A stretch of 62,788 bases of DNA, filler included, from Globobulimina sp. (GCA_003354225.1; 9 parts of 9 records of this genome joined end to end with filler, not necessarily neighbours in it); one strand, 5' to 3'; counted from the first letter of the whole stretch, positions 21,993 through 33,368 are shown. Program-made: numbers and translations. Notes: generated from the letters alone by a model not told the origin.

Positions 21993-22951
21993 TTCTTGCT
22001 TATTAGTTATGGATATAAATATATATTATCATTTCTTATATCCTCGCACCAAATGTATGTCCATAAATATATATAAATGGAGACACTGTCCATATCACTC
22101 CGATGCGATGAATCTGAGGCATTGTTGGATGATGATTGGGAGCCACTCTTATTATCAATATTCATTTTCTTTTACGTATGCTTCGTCGCCGAGATATTGG
22201 ATGGATATCTCCGAATCCCAAAACATTTCCCGAATTTTATGGTGTCGGAGTTTCTCAGCTTTTCTTCATATATGGGTTGTCTGGATGCAAGAAAATAAAA
22301 CACTTAACGGATCCATACTCGCTCCCCGCAGCTCCCAAAGCTTCTCGCGTTTCTCTATAAAAGTCCGGTCGTCAGCAAAAGCAACGTTTAATAGGTTGTT
22401 ATATTCGGGTTCCATCCGACATATATAACGGAATACTATCGTTATACTCTATATTACTGCGTTGCGATTAATTTGATTTATGTCGACGGCCACCAATATC
22501 CAATCCTTATTATTCTCGTTGGCGGCGATCTCGTGGTTACAGGCAAAAATGCATTTTTCTTTGCTGTTCCAGCTCCAAAATATCTCTCCACTCCAATCGC
22601 TTATCTCTCATAACGGTGCGACCAATAATTCTTACCAAAACGTCGCCGGCTGCGATGGGTCTGGCACCAGTTGGAGACTGGTCTTTCCACTAAATAAGCT
22701 GCGTTTCATCGCGTCCTTTTCTTTGACATATTGCATGCTATATTTGGCCTATTTATTGCTCAGTGTATAAAATACAGACATACCGAGTTGTATAGTATAG
22801 TTTTTACACCACGCACCGAGGATATCTGCACCCACAAGTGAGAGTGCTTTGGCCTCAAACAATACAGATAATGAACGGAATAAAATTAATTATTTTGAAA
22901 TAAAAAAGAAGCAGAAATGGAGTACAAACCTGCGATTGTCATTGGAGTGAT

Positions 22952-23022
22952 TTCACACAACAGGAATTGAACCTGTATCTCTGAAAACAAAATCAGTGCT
23001 CTATCTGTTGAGCTATGTGCAA
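22952..23022 (-). tRNA. Degenerate tRNA (pseudo-tRNA), anticodon ambiguous
   Basis: Minus strand folds as TTGCACA TA GCTC AACAGATA GAGC A CTGA TTTTGTTT TCAG AGAT ACAGG TTCAATT CCTGT TGTGTGA A. D and T stems are intact, the D-loop lacks GG and the anticodon arm is 1 nt short. Confidence 0.7.
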
Positions 23023-23146
23023 GCATATGCCTGCAATCCATAGTAATCTATATCTGCATTAATGCGTGCTGATAGCCGATAGGCGAGAGCCGATAGCTGA
23101 CATTGCAATTGCACAAGATACTTTGTAAAAAAAAAACTTTACAGAG

Positions 23147-24518
23147 TTACCAGAAACCAGATATTGGGTCAACAAACAATTTGTTGTTATTTTTCGCAAG
23201 TGTGATACATATACTCTTTAACCATTCGTTTCCTACATATTCAACTGTGTTGTCTACTTCAGAAAAAACGCGAATGGAACCATCCGAATAATCATCGCCA
23301 GGTTCTTCAATTGAGACCAAATGCATAAGAAAAACTCTCTCCATCTCCATTGTATATGATTTAAATTCAATTTGTTTGTTGACATATACCAATTTTAGTT
23401 TTATTTTGATAATTCTGCCCAAAATGGCATCATCGATTACAGCTGATGAACAAAATAAATTAAAAGAATTGATACCACCCTCTATTTGTCTTAATAAATT
23501 TTTTTCCTCATTTTCAAGCCTAAGTGCTTGTTCTAAAAGACAAAATAAAATACAATAATAATCAAACAAACACACCAAGCAATTCATTTTGCTCATAACA
23601 ATGTGCGATATAACTCATTCGACGTAAGTCCATATAACGTTTATCAGGCGATAACGCTTTTAACGATAAAACGCGACTGTGTTGTTTACACTTTTTTGCG
23701 AGTTTAGATCCTAACAATGTGCCATAACCCCATTTCATCATTCCTTTTTCGTTGAATCTTAAATCAGCCATATCTGCAGCAGGTCCTACAAACCACATTT
23801 TACTGTTAAAACTCAAATCTCGATCTACTGTATAAATATTTGCTGCCTGACCCATATATTGTGCCATTGTGCACGTAACGTTTTTGTGAGGAAAAGTGCA
23901 CTGAATTTAAGTACGCGAGACAACTTGCAATATTAAAGTGTTTGCATATATCGATGTCAATTTTAATTAAAACAACTATTCCAGGCATCGATATTGAATC
24001 CAATCCCAAACGATCTCTTCATTCACATGTTGCTTTGCCATGACCCAATCGTCATAGAATATGACTGCGCTCCAATCGTCATCAATAGCATGTGTTCGAT
24101 TATGGTCAACCCACCCACGGCAGTCATGTTTTAATTTACCCTCCACCCATGTCGCATTGTAATGCGGCACCATCCAATGTCTCATTCGCATTTGTTCAAA
24201 CGAGCAATATAAGCACAATTCTCCACCCCTCGATTCAAAAGAGTTTACAGAAACAATATGAGGTGTGCCTCTGAACTCTACCACTTTATTTGAAAATTCA
24301 TCTCCAACCAATTCTTGTTGATCCCATTCATGACACTGCCACATCCATTTGATACTTTGTTCGCTTACATCATATTTTTTTTGTGCCTCCCTATCCTCCC
24401 TCCAATAATATTTCTTTGCCTCCATTTTTATTCGTTTTTGTTTTGGTTCATCTATCTCTTCGTCTTCATGGATTTGGTTACTCCCAATCGATTTTCTTTT
24501 TGAACCACATATTTTCAT
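23147..24518 (-). CDS. Unknown gene in three consecutive fragments (spliced or disrupted)
   Basis: ORFs 23976-24518, 23562-23867 and 23147-23596 are co-oriented and near-contiguous with protein-like composition and an NLS-like PKQKRIK. No family recognised. Confidence 0.4.
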
Positions 24519-24833
24519 TATTACTGCCTTTGTTCCTATACATTTACTTTGATTTGCCTATTATGACTGGTATAGTATATATAGTCAAACCGGTTTAGCT
24601 GTGAATGTAGGATTCAAAACGCTGACTGAAAAACTGCTTTTGTAATAATTCAATGTTAATTTAAATTATACTAGAATAGCTGCCTTAATACGTACGCGCA
24701 TTTAACATCTGATTAAAAACAAAGTTTATTGATTTATTGCGCGATTATTTCAATTTATTGATCGGGTTACTTTCGCAGAAAAATTGCCAAACTATTGATA
24801 ACTACTGTAATATCAATATTAATATATTACATA

Positions 24834-24890
24834 AATAGAAATCACGCGATCAATAGAAATCATGCGATCAATACAAACTATTCGATCAAT
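24834..24890 (+). repeat. Three degenerate 18-bp tandem repeats
   Basis: AATAGAAATCACGCGATC / AATAGAAATCATGCGATC / AATACAAACTATTCGATC. Confidence 0.75.
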
Positions 24891-25014
24891 ATATTGGATT
24901 AAGAACATCTGCAAAATTGATTTTCAAAAAAGTAAATCGGAACGAGTCGATTTTTGAATATTCAGCAAAATGCAAGAAAAGATACATAATTATAATTTAG
25001 TACAAAAATATTAG

Positions 25015-25862
25015 TTATTTTAGTCTCTTCTTTTTCTTTGGAGGTTGACTATGTTGACATGTGACGCATATTGGTTTGGTGTAATTAGTATCCGTGTCAC
25101 CAAAATATCTGATCCATTCAGCAACATCTGCCAATTCTGTATATTGTCTAGATTCTGCACCACAACACTTTGCTTTGCATATTGAACAGGAGAATATGCG
25201 ATGCGTATCACATGGAATTTGAACTCGAGTATTATAATATTCGGAACATTCAAAATCTTGACACACGTCGCAATATGCCCGATGCTCCGAGCAATAAATA
25301 TAACAGCCACCACATTCGCAATACTCAGCTAAAAATACAATATCACATCTAATATAATTGTGGCCCATAAAATGTTTTCTGTACTCACATTGTATGATCC
25401 TTTCTTGATTTTCCCCTGCACATTCTGTGCAAAATACTTGCTTTGTTTGTGATGAAAAATACGGTCCTAAATCATCATCATCTGAGGCTGTATCCTCTTC
25501 ACAGTCATTCAATTGTAAAATTGAAATGTCTTTATAACATTCATTACAAGTGCGAAATTTCCCAGTTGCATACTCAGATATGTGTCTGGTGATCAGGCAA
25601 TGTAATTCAGGAACTGTTTCTTGGATTGTTTTCTCAATAAGTGCACGTTGTGCTTCGTCTTTGCTGTTGGTAAATTTCATGAAACACAATACAAAAGCAA
25701 GAGGAATGTTAGTTAAAGTTTTGTACAAAAAGGTAGTTAGATTTCGTGATTTGTATCATTATTCAAAAAACCGAGCGATCTAAATAAACTACGATAATCC
25801 AACCGTGCCGAGGCAGTGGCAGAATGTCTTATTTTTGTGTAAGGATTAAATGTTGTGGCCAT
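25015..25862 (-). CDS. Cys-rich (multi-CxxC) putative Zn-binding nuclear protein
   Basis: Many CxxC pairs and a C-terminal PPKKKKRLK NLS-like motif. A probable first exon from ATG 25862 can join via a phase-2 GTTGGA...CAG intron. Confidence 0.6.
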
Positions 25863-26018
25863 AATTCATTGTATTTACTATAGACAAAATAATAAAATAT
25901 ATATCAATATAATGTTTTGGCATTGTCGAAGTGTGATATGTTTTGAAAGATTAGAATGAAAAATGAACCACTTGCTCGACAAAAATTAGTTGCGAATTTC
26001 TACAATGAAGTGTTTGTG

Positions 26019-26735
26019 TCAAATATTATCCCAATAAGTTTGACCATAATATGTTAATAACTCTTTACCTTTTCTAATGGCCTTTTTTGCATATAACACA
26101 ACAATTATTTTCTCCCCATAATATTTCACTGGCAATTCGGCGGCTTCCACATTTTGCCTGTTTTCGCATCTCCTCCTTTTCCCATTCTTATTGTCAAGCA
26201 ATGTACAGTCATTAACTGTCGCCAATGTACATTTGTGAGATGGAACAATGATTAATTCTTTTCCATTGCTATTGGTTATCGCCCACAAACCTGGATTATC
26301 AATAAATCGGTCTACAAATTCCTCAGTTTTAAAATAATATGCTCCTCGATATATTCCAATGGGTTGATACTGTTTAATGTCTTGCTTTGCAAAAACACCA
26401 TATTGTCCAATCAATTCAACATTTTCATTTCTTTTTATTTTTCGTATTGCTATAAGTTCATTTGTCTGAAATGTCTCTGAGCGAATCCGCCGTGCGCCAC
26501 GAGATCTAATCCATTCATTCACTTTATATAATGCTTGTTCGTGTTTTGATAATTTGCAACGATCTTCTGGTTTATGAGGATGATTCCCCACTATCATCAT
26601 TTGCTTTTTAAAACGTATATGACGAAGGCCCCAGGTATTATATTCTGGATTTAGTTTCAGTTTCTTTTTCTTTTGTTTCTTTTTTTTTTGTTTCTTTTTC
26701 TGTGACTTCTTTTTCCTTTTCTGGTTACGTTTCAT
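26019..26735 (-). CDS. Minimal SET-domain protein with Lys-rich N-terminus
   Basis: YGVFAKQDI...IGIYRG, TVND, and YAKKAIRKGKELLTYYGQTYW. Confidence 0.82.
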   Translation of the reverse strand: MKRNQKRKKKSQKKKQKKKKQKKKKLKLNPEYNTWGLRHIRFKKQMMIVGNHPHKPEDRCKLSKHEQALYKVNEWIRSRGARRIRSETFQTNELIAIRKIKRNENVELIGQYGVFAKQDIKQYQPIGIYRGAYYFKTEEFVDRFIDNPGLWAITNSNGKELIIVPSHKCTLATVNDCTLLDNKNGKRRRCENRQNVEAAELPVKYYGEKIIVVLYAKKAIRKGKELLTYYGQTYWDNI

Positions 26736-26886
26736 TTTTGTACTTTTAGCAAAACATCAAAAAAAAGGAAAAAAACATTTAATAGTAAAAACTTTTAATT
26801 TCAATCAAGAGACAAACAGTGGTTTTATTGTAATTATTTGGAAATTGCTGGCATTGCGTAATAAACAAAAAAATTATAATAAAAAA

Positions 26887-27753
26887 TCACATTATTCTTC
26901 GTCGTTTTCTTTTTCTTTGCGCATTTTTCTTTTTCTCTTTACATAATTTACATAGACATTTAAAATAATATCTTCCAGCCCTAAATGCGTCGCCATAATT
27001 AAAAGTAAGCTCTTCACCACAAACAATATCTTTCGAAGCAACAAAATGTATCGATGCCATTCCGGATTTATTCACATATTTCTCACATATTAAATTTGGA
27101 TCACATGAATGATTAATAAACCTCGCAATATTCCCTTTTCTTTTCGCATCAATCCAATGCCCAGGACCGGCGTGTAGCATATACGAATTTGTGTCTTTGT
27201 TTTTTTTCAATAAGGCCATTGCATTTTGATATCCTTTGCTACATAAATTATCTCCAATATATTCCACGATATGTTCTCCGCTTTCAAACTTATTTATCTT
27301 TACTTCCAGTCCATAACCATATGTTGTTTTAATCACTTTTAATTTTTCTTTACTTACTTGATATGTATCAAATCTATTCTGACAATCCTTGCGTTCACAA
27401 TTCTGTGGTGTACATTCATAGTACATATTCACATTCTGCCAACAACCACTGCTTTTTTCCAATGCATCACTATGAACCCAATGTTGTTTGATTGAAGTGT
27501 AATGTTGTTTCGAAATTTCTTCAAAACCGGTTTCTTTTTTGATCTCCGCATTTATTTCCTTTTGATCCGAATGCTTATCCACATATTTTGAATCATAGAT
27601 TTCCTTATATTCCTTGTACGTATCAATTCCAAATAAAACTACTTTGTCTTTATATTCTCTCCATGATGCTGCGCGTTTTTTCGATTTGGTTCCGGCCCAT
27701 CTTTTCTTATTACCGATCATTTGGAACTTGTTACCTTTCTGAAAAAGTGGCAT
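26887..27753 (-). CDS. AWS-SET-postSET lysine methyltransferase (SETD2/NSD/ASH1-like)
   Basis: ECTPQNC...CQNRF (partial AWS), GYGL, EYIGD, IDAKRKGNIARFINHSCDPN, GEELTFNYG and CLCKLC. Confidence 0.92.
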   Translation of the reverse strand: MPLFQKGNKFQMIGNKKRWAGTKSKKRAASWREYKDKVVLFGIDTYKEYKEIYDSKYVDKHSDQKEINAEIKKETGFEEISKQHYTSIKQHWVHSDALEKSSGCWQNVNMYYECTPQNCERKDCQNRFDTYQVSKEKLKVIKTTYGYGLEVKINKFESGEHIVEYIGDNLCSKGYQNAMALLKKNKDTNSYMLHAGPGHWIDAKRKGNIARFINHSCDPNLICEKYVNKSGMASIHFVASKDIVCGEELTFNYGDAFRAGRYYFKCLCKLCKEKKKNAQRKRKRRRIM

Positions 27754-28021
27754 GACTGAAAAGGAACAGTGACTGACTGATTTATTTCAAATTTTAAGTT
27801 TTTCAAATTAAGATACACTAATGGCACGCACTAAAAAAAAAAGCATCACGCTAAATCTAAGAATACGATGCAATCAAACGCAGTTTAGACCGCCTACAAA
27901 GTGNNNNNNNNNNNNNNNNNNNNNNNNNNNNNNNNNNNNNNNNNNNNTTAATTAATTAANNNNNNNNNNNNNNNNNNNNNNNNNNNNNNNNNNNNNNNNN
28001 NNNGGGATGAACGACGTTTAA

Positions 28022-28546
28022 TTGATGAACTTAAAAGATGGAGTTAATATGAGATTCTTTTGGCAATGTAAACATATTTTTAAAAAACCCACTCTACTTG
28101 TTGACGAATACCGAGAAGATGGTCTTCCTAGTGTGTTTTTCAGAAAGGTGTATGAAAAGCAATGCATCAAATGCCACAAATGTGAAATTTATGAAGTTAG
28201 GGATAGGGACGACAAACGACTTTATAACGAAACAGGTCAATTAACAAGCCGCGAAGAACGTTATGCTTCTGAAGCCAATTTTAAAGATTTACCTGAACCG
28301 ACTGACTATAGTCTTACAACACCACCAAGACCTGAGAGCGGGGTTACAATATCACCTGGGCGCGATGGCTCTGACGCAATCAGGGCATTTAATGAAGCGA
28401 GCTCACGAATAGATGGGCGTGATGGCTCTGACGCAATCAGGGCATTTAATGAAGCGAGCTCACGAATAGATGGGCGCGGGCTTAAGATGTCAGACAGCAT
28501 ACATATATGCAATTGCGGAAAATTTAATCCACCTGGAGATGAGTAA
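28022..28546 (+). CDS. Phage hypothetical protein (CxxC, internal 19-aa duplication)
   Basis: Open frame directly upstream of terS; start uncertain. Confidence 0.55.
   Translation: MMNLKDGVNMRFFWQCKHIFKKPTLLVDEYREDGLPSVFFRKVYEKQCIKCHKCEIYEVRDRDDKRLYNETGQLTSREERYASEANFKDLPEPTDYSLTTPPRPESGVTISPGRDGSDAIRAFNEASSRIDGRDGSDAIRAFNEASSRIDGRGLKMSDSIHICNCGKFNPPGDE
28358..28477 (+). repeat. 57-bp in-frame tandem duplication
   Basis: 28358-28414 and 28415-28471 differ at one base and encode GRDGSDAIRAFNEASSRID twice. Confidence 0.95.
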
Positions 28547-28636
28547 ACTTTAAACAAGATTTAAATGTATTTCCATTTCTTCCTGTGTCATAATAGTTAA
28601 AACTGTTATGGCACATTTTAGTATTTGGAGACTAGT

Positions 28637-29287
28637 ATGTCAGAAGACAAGATAAAAACAATCAGAGATATTTTAAAAAGTCTGCCTGATGAAATTAAAG
28701 AATTGGCAAAGGACCTTCCACCGAAATACGTTCAGGCGGCTAACTTTTACCTTTGTGGTAGTAATATGGTTAACGCATGTATTCGTGCAAGAATCATAAA
28801 AACTACCGATAGCGAGCAAGCTAAACGTATTAAAGCATCCAATGTAATCAACCATGGCGTGGTGTCAGAATACCGTCAGGCTGTTCAAAACTATCAATGT
28901 TCAGAAACTGTAATGAACTTGCACGAAATTGACATTCGTCTATCTGCGATTGCACGTACTGATATTACTGAAATTGTATCATACGTTTCTGAACCTGTCA
29001 TGGGACAGAATGCGCAAGGTGAAGATATATTGGTTGGATATAGGACTCGTCCTTATTTAGTTCCTATCGAACAACTAAGTGCAAATCAACGGAATTCCAT
29101 TAAAGGTATCAAGCAATCTAAAACTGGTTTAGAAGTAGAGATGCATTGTGCGGTGAAGGCGATGGATATGTTAATTAAACGTAAAGGTGGCTATACTGAA
29201 AACGTTAACACCAATGCTGTTGAGAAAACAGTACATGCGTTCATGCCTGGTAACAATCGTGGACCTAATTCAAAACCGTCAGAGTAG
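28637..29287 (+). CDS. terS: Terminase small subunit
   Basis: Directly upstream of TerL. HTH-like N-terminus, LSAIARTDITE...IKGIKQSKTGLEVEMHCAVKAMDML; GGAG precedes ATG 28637. Confidence 0.82.
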   Translation: MSEDKIKTIRDILKSLPDEIKELAKDLPPKYVQAANFYLCGSNMVNACIRARIIKTTDSEQAKRIKASNVINHGVVSEYRQAVQNYQCSETVMNLHEIDIRLSAIARTDITEIVSYVSEPVMGQNAQGEDILVGYRTRPYLVPIEQLSANQRNSIKGIKQSKTGLEVEMHCAVKAMDMLIKRKGGYTENVNTNAVEKTVHAFMPGNNRGPNSKPSE

Positions 29288-29296
29288 GAACAGCCA

Positions 29297-30769
29297 ATGG
29301 AATTAGACATTGACTATCTACATGGGTGGATGGAAGAATGTGGTATTGATAATCCACATAATATACCTAAAGAACTGCAAGATGAATTTGATGTTGAGTT
29401 TGATATCGATACAATCCTATGGCCACAACCTGGAGGTCAAATGCAATATCAGTCTTGTGAGGCTGATATTATGCTCTACGGAGGTGAAGCAGGTTGCGGT
29501 AAGTCATACTCAATTCTTTATGAACATTTAAAATGGATAGATTTACCAAACTATGTAGGTGTTATTGGACGTAAGGAATATTCACAGATATTTGATGCCA
29601 ACGGACTGTGGGATGAAGCAGGAAGACTTTACCCCCAGTTCGGTGGTCGTGGTACGAAAGGTGATAAGCCAAAATTTGTATTTCCATCGGGTGCTCAAAT
29701 ATTCTTCAAGCATTCTCAACATGCATCCAAAATCGATTTATACTGGCAAGGTCTTGCTGGCGCCGTAATTCAATTAGATGAGATTACTCAATTTTCAAAA
29801 GATGAATTCCTCTATATTATGTCGCGTAACCGTTCAATGTCAGGTGTACGTTCATACATGCGAGGAACTTGTAATCCAGACCCAAATTCATTTGTACGCA
29901 AAATGATTGATTGGTGGATTGATGATGAAGGATTTGTCATACAAGAACGTTCTGGCGTTATTCGTTATTTTGTACATTATGAAGATGAATTCCATTGGGC
30001 TGACACAAGAGCTGAGTTAGTAGAGAAATTCAAACACAATAAAAAGCTTAAGCCGAAATCATTCACATTCATACGCGGACTATTATCCGATAACAAAATG
30101 TTAATGGATAAAGACCCTGACTATGAAGCGTCAATGCAAAATCTATCAAAAGCACAACGTATGGCATTAGCTGAAGGTAACTGGAATGAAGTGGATAACC
30201 CAGAAGCAATCTTCCACAGGGATGATATTAACAGAAACCGAATAGATAAAATTCCACTTGACTTCCTGAGTCGTATTGTTGTCGCTATTGACCCTGCGGG
30301 TTCCACTAACGACACTTCTGACGAAACAGGTATTAACGTAACGGGTTTAGGTAAAGATGGACACGCTTACGTTCTGGAAGAGATAGCTGAGAAATGGAAA
30401 CCTTCACAATGGGCAAAAGAAGCAATCCGTCTGTATGATAAGTACAATGCCGATTTGATAGTTGCAGAGAAGAATTTCGGCGGTGACATGGTTGCCAATA
30501 CTATTACTTCTGAGCGTTCTACTCTATTTCCTAAATTAGTTAATGCAAGTCGTGGTAAAGAATTACGGGCAGAACCTATATCAATTTTATACAAGAACAA
30601 TGTCGTACATCACGTTGGTTATAATCTCGGAAGACTTGAAGGTGAAATGTGTAGTTGGATACCAGGTAAATCTAAAAAGTCTCCAAACAGATTGGATTCA
30701 CTAGTTTGGTCAGTTACAGAACTATTGGTGGGACGAGGTAAAGGCATGCCTAACATACGTCAATTGTAA
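29297..30769 (+). CDS. terL: Terminase large subunit
   Basis: Q-motif PQPGGQ, Walker A GGEAGCGKS, Walker B IQLDE, coupling motif TCNP, nuclease motifs VAIDPA, SDETG and NRLD. Confidence 0.95.
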   Translation: MELDIDYLHGWMEECGIDNPHNIPKELQDEFDVEFDIDTILWPQPGGQMQYQSCEADIMLYGGEAGCGKSYSILYEHLKWIDLPNYVGVIGRKEYSQIFDANGLWDEAGRLYPQFGGRGTKGDKPKFVFPSGAQIFFKHSQHASKIDLYWQGLAGAVIQLDEITQFSKDEFLYIMSRNRSMSGVRSYMRGTCNPDPNSFVRKMIDWWIDDEGFVIQERSGVIRYFVHYEDEFHWADTRAELVEKFKHNKKLKPKSFTFIRGLLSDNKMLMDKDPDYEASMQNLSKAQRMALAEGNWNEVDNPEAIFHRDDINRNRIDKIPLDFLSRIVVAIDPAGSTNDTSDETGINVTGLGKDGHAYVLEEIAEKWKPSQWAKEAIRLYDKYNADLIVAEKNFGGDMVANTITSERSTLFPKLVNASRGKELRAEPISILYKNNVVHHVGYNLGRLEGEMCSWIPGKSKKSPNRLDSLVWSVTELLVGRGKGMPNIRQL

Positions 30770-30828
30770 TGTACTTGACTTGACTATCTATATACTATTA
30801 TTTAAATATTCATCAATTAGGGTACGAT

Positions 30829-32358
30829 ATGTTCTCTTTAAACCCAAAGAAGTGGCGCTCTAGTAAAACAAAGTCACAAGCAACACCTGTGGAAAAAAAG
30901 ACCTTAGACATCAATAATACGCCAGGTGTGGTTAGTTGTGGTGATAGTTCTTTTATCGGATTCCTACAAGCAAATGGTAACGCTGATTTATCATTCTACA
31001 CAATGATTAATTATTACGAACGGTGCGGACCTTTGGCAGATGCAATAGATAAAGTCGCGCAAGAAGTTCAGACTATTCAACCTCTGGTATGGGATAAGCA
31101 AGAAGAGAAATTCATTGAACATCCTATTGATGAATTGATTAACTATCCTCACGCTGATATCTCCAGAGAAGACTTCTTCTTCGGACTATGCGCTATGTAC
31201 TTACTAACTGGTAATGTATTCCCATACGTCTCCTTAGGAGTAAAGAAGAGACCTCTTGAGATGAACTTCTATAGTCCTCAGTTCATTAACCTTCAGCCTG
31301 ACTTCACGGACGGTTATATTGACCGAATAGTTAGCAATGGAGCATTCGGTACAGCTAATCAAGAAATTTATCAACGTTCTGAAGATATGCGAAGATTTCG
31401 TTACTTGAACAAGGATGAAACTGCACAAGTATGGCCAATAAGACGATTTAACCCACGCGGCGGTACTGGTAATGAATTATATGGATTAAGTCCAATTACA
31501 AGTATCTTTTACGAAATTGAGCAATACATTGCTTCAAGTACCCATAACTTATCCTTATTACTACGCGGTGCACGTCCGGGCGGTACCTTCAGTACTACAA
31601 ATGATATTCCATTAAGCGACGAACAATTTTCAAGAATGCAAGACCAAATTGATAAGTACTATGTTGGCGCTAATAATGCTGGTCGTCCCTTATTAATGGA
31701 AAACACCACTTGGTCAGAGTCAATTGTTAACAACCGTGATATGGATTACAGCACAATGCGTAAGAATATTCAAGCGATGATTTACAACCGTTTGAATATT
31801 CCATTGCCATCAATCTCTGGTGAAAACATGACTCTTGCTAATATGGATACCGCTAAACTTAACTTATACGATAATGCAGTAATGCCAATCACTAAAGTTT
31901 TGTTCAATCAATTAGGCAATTTTTTATTCCCATTGTACGAGGGAGTAAAAGGTGCACAACGTTATGAACTGCGTTTTGACGAAGGCGCAATACCAGCATT
32001 ACAAATGCGTCGTAATGAAGTTGTTAAACTGCGTAAAGAAATCGGAGTCAATAGTGATAATGAACTTCGTTCTGGATTAGGCGACGGACCAATCATCGGT
32101 GGTGATGTAGTTTACAAACCCAACAACATGGTTCCAATCGGCATTGATGAAAATGACCCATTGTCAGTAATAGGTACGACAACTGAAACCGTAACTAATA
32201 ACGTAACTAATGATGACGAAGTACCTATTCCCGAAGATGGAAGCAAAGCATTCAATACATTTGTTAAGACAATGCAACTTAAGCTAGACAGTAAAAAAGT
32301 ACGTATATTCACTAACGCTGAAATTCTTGCTAAGGCAAAACAGTATGGCATTAAATAA
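30829..32358 (+). CDS. Phage portal protein (HK97-like family)
   Basis: LLTGN, YGLSP, GARPGG, LSDEQF..., GANNAGRPLLME and DMDY; follows terL. Confidence 0.92.
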   Translation: MFSLNPKKWRSSKTKSQATPVEKKTLDINNTPGVVSCGDSSFIGFLQANGNADLSFYTMINYYERCGPLADAIDKVAQEVQTIQPLVWDKQEEKFIEHPIDELINYPHADISREDFFFGLCAMYLLTGNVFPYVSLGVKKRPLEMNFYSPQFINLQPDFTDGYIDRIVSNGAFGTANQEIYQRSEDMRRFRYLNKDETAQVWPIRRFNPRGGTGNELYGLSPITSIFYEIEQYIASSTHNLSLLLRGARPGGTFSTTNDIPLSDEQFSRMQDQIDKYYVGANNAGRPLLMENTTWSESIVNNRDMDYSTMRKNIQAMIYNRLNIPLPSISGENMTLANMDTAKLNLYDNAVMPITKVLFNQLGNFLFPLYEGVKGAQRYELRFDEGAIPALQMRRNEVVKLRKEIGVNSDNELRSGLGDGPIIGGDVVYKPNNMVPIGIDENDPLSVIGTTTETVTNNVTNDDEVPIPEDGSKAFNTFVKTMQLKLDSKKVRIFTNAEILAKAKQYGIK

Positions 32359-33229
32359 AGCCGAACAGGAACGCAGAACAAGAGAGCAACTCGCACAGAA
32401 GCTACGACTTGAAGCAGTAATGATTCCAAAGCTACGTGGCTTTTTTGCTCGTATGGATAAGCAGTTTAGACTCACTTATTTAGAATCAGCTACTATTATG
32501 ACAGCAGATTCGTTCGAACCTGAGCTCCTAGAGATTATACGTGGACAGTTTCGAAGAGTGGTCAAGGTATTCGGCAGCAACGTTAGAAATGAGGTTAAAT
32601 CATACTCACATCTTAATCTAGAGTACAAACAAAATGAAGCAACAATTGAAGAAGCATTACGCGAATTCATAACTGCTACTTCATTTGTGCATGCCGCATT
32701 TATAAATAGAACAAACAATAAAATATACAATTATGCCGTACAGAAAGCTATTGTAGAATTAACACTCGCTGGCGAAGAAGTAACAAGAGAATCAGTAGCC
32801 AGACGCGCATATGAAATTGCAAGAGTTCAGAATCTACCAAGAGCAAATAACATTGCGGTTACAGTTACTCAAAATGCCGCTGAAGGCGCAAAACAAACTG
32901 AACTTGAAGCGTTAGTACGAGCAAGAACAACCATCAGTGGTATACCAGTACGTGATGCAACTGAGAAAGAATGGAACAGTGTTCTAGATAGTTTTACCCG
33001 CATTGCACACGTTATCTCAGATGGACAAAGAGTTGCTTATGATGAACCTTATATCGTTGATGGGGAACTATTGATGTTCCCGGGCGATATATCGATGGGT
33101 GCAAGTGCAAAGAACACTAACCATTGTCGTTGCGGTTCGCAGCATGTATTGTCTGAATTTATGCTATCTTCTGAACAAGTAGACTTACGTCAACGCGATT
33201 TTACACAATCTAACTCTCCTATAATTTAA
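32345..33229 (+). CDS. Head morphogenesis protein (Mu gpF/SPP1 gp7-like)
   Basis: RANNIAVT, KEWNSVLDSFTRIAH...DGQ...FPGD...NHCRC. ATG 32345 overlaps the end of the portal gene. Confidence 0.88.
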   Translation: MALNKAEQERRTREQLAQKLRLEAVMIPKLRGFFARMDKQFRLTYLESATIMTADSFEPELLEIIRGQFRRVVKVFGSNVRNEVKSYSHLNLEYKQNEATIEEALREFITATSFVHAAFINRTNNKIYNYAVQKAIVELTLAGEEVTRESVARRAYEIARVQNLPRANNIAVTVTQNAAEGAKQTELEALVRARTTISGIPVRDATEKEWNSVLDSFTRIAHVISDGQRVAYDEPYIVDGELLMFPGDISMGASAKNTNHCRCGSQHVLSEFMLSSEQVDLRQRDFTQSNSPII

Positions 33230-33368
33230 CTGTGTACTTAATTACGAAATCATGTTATGTCGATTGTTCGATTATTTGTTTTTAACCTCTGTCAATATTA
33301 TTAAAATGGTTCTAATATACGAATAGGTGTTCACGTCCTGTGGCATCTATCCTTATAAAGGAATTACA

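Noticed and set aside
21979-22770. Plus-strand ORFs 21979-22428 and 22480-22770
   Set aside because: No recognisable motifs; all minus-strand frames are also broken by stops, so it is probably decayed coding sequence that cannot be called.
17890-24518. Stop-codon reassignment suggested by in-frame stops
   Set aside because: Conserved genes end at TAA, TGA and TAG at the expected positions and long genes have no internal stops; the interruptions come with frameshifts, as expected for decay.
25729-25862. Programmed frameshift at GAA ATC TAA upstream of the Cys-rich ORF
   Set aside because: A conventional phase-2 GT-AG intron with a CTAAC branch-like sequence joins the frames more simply.
28358-28477. 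CRISPR-like repeat
   Set aside because: Units are directly adjacent with no spacers and lie in frame within a CDS; no cas genes.
29297-32358. Gene transfer agent cluster
   Set aside because: The TerL C-terminus and portal resemble broad families that include GTAs, but the long TerS, the gpF-like gene and the gene order fit an ordinary phage.
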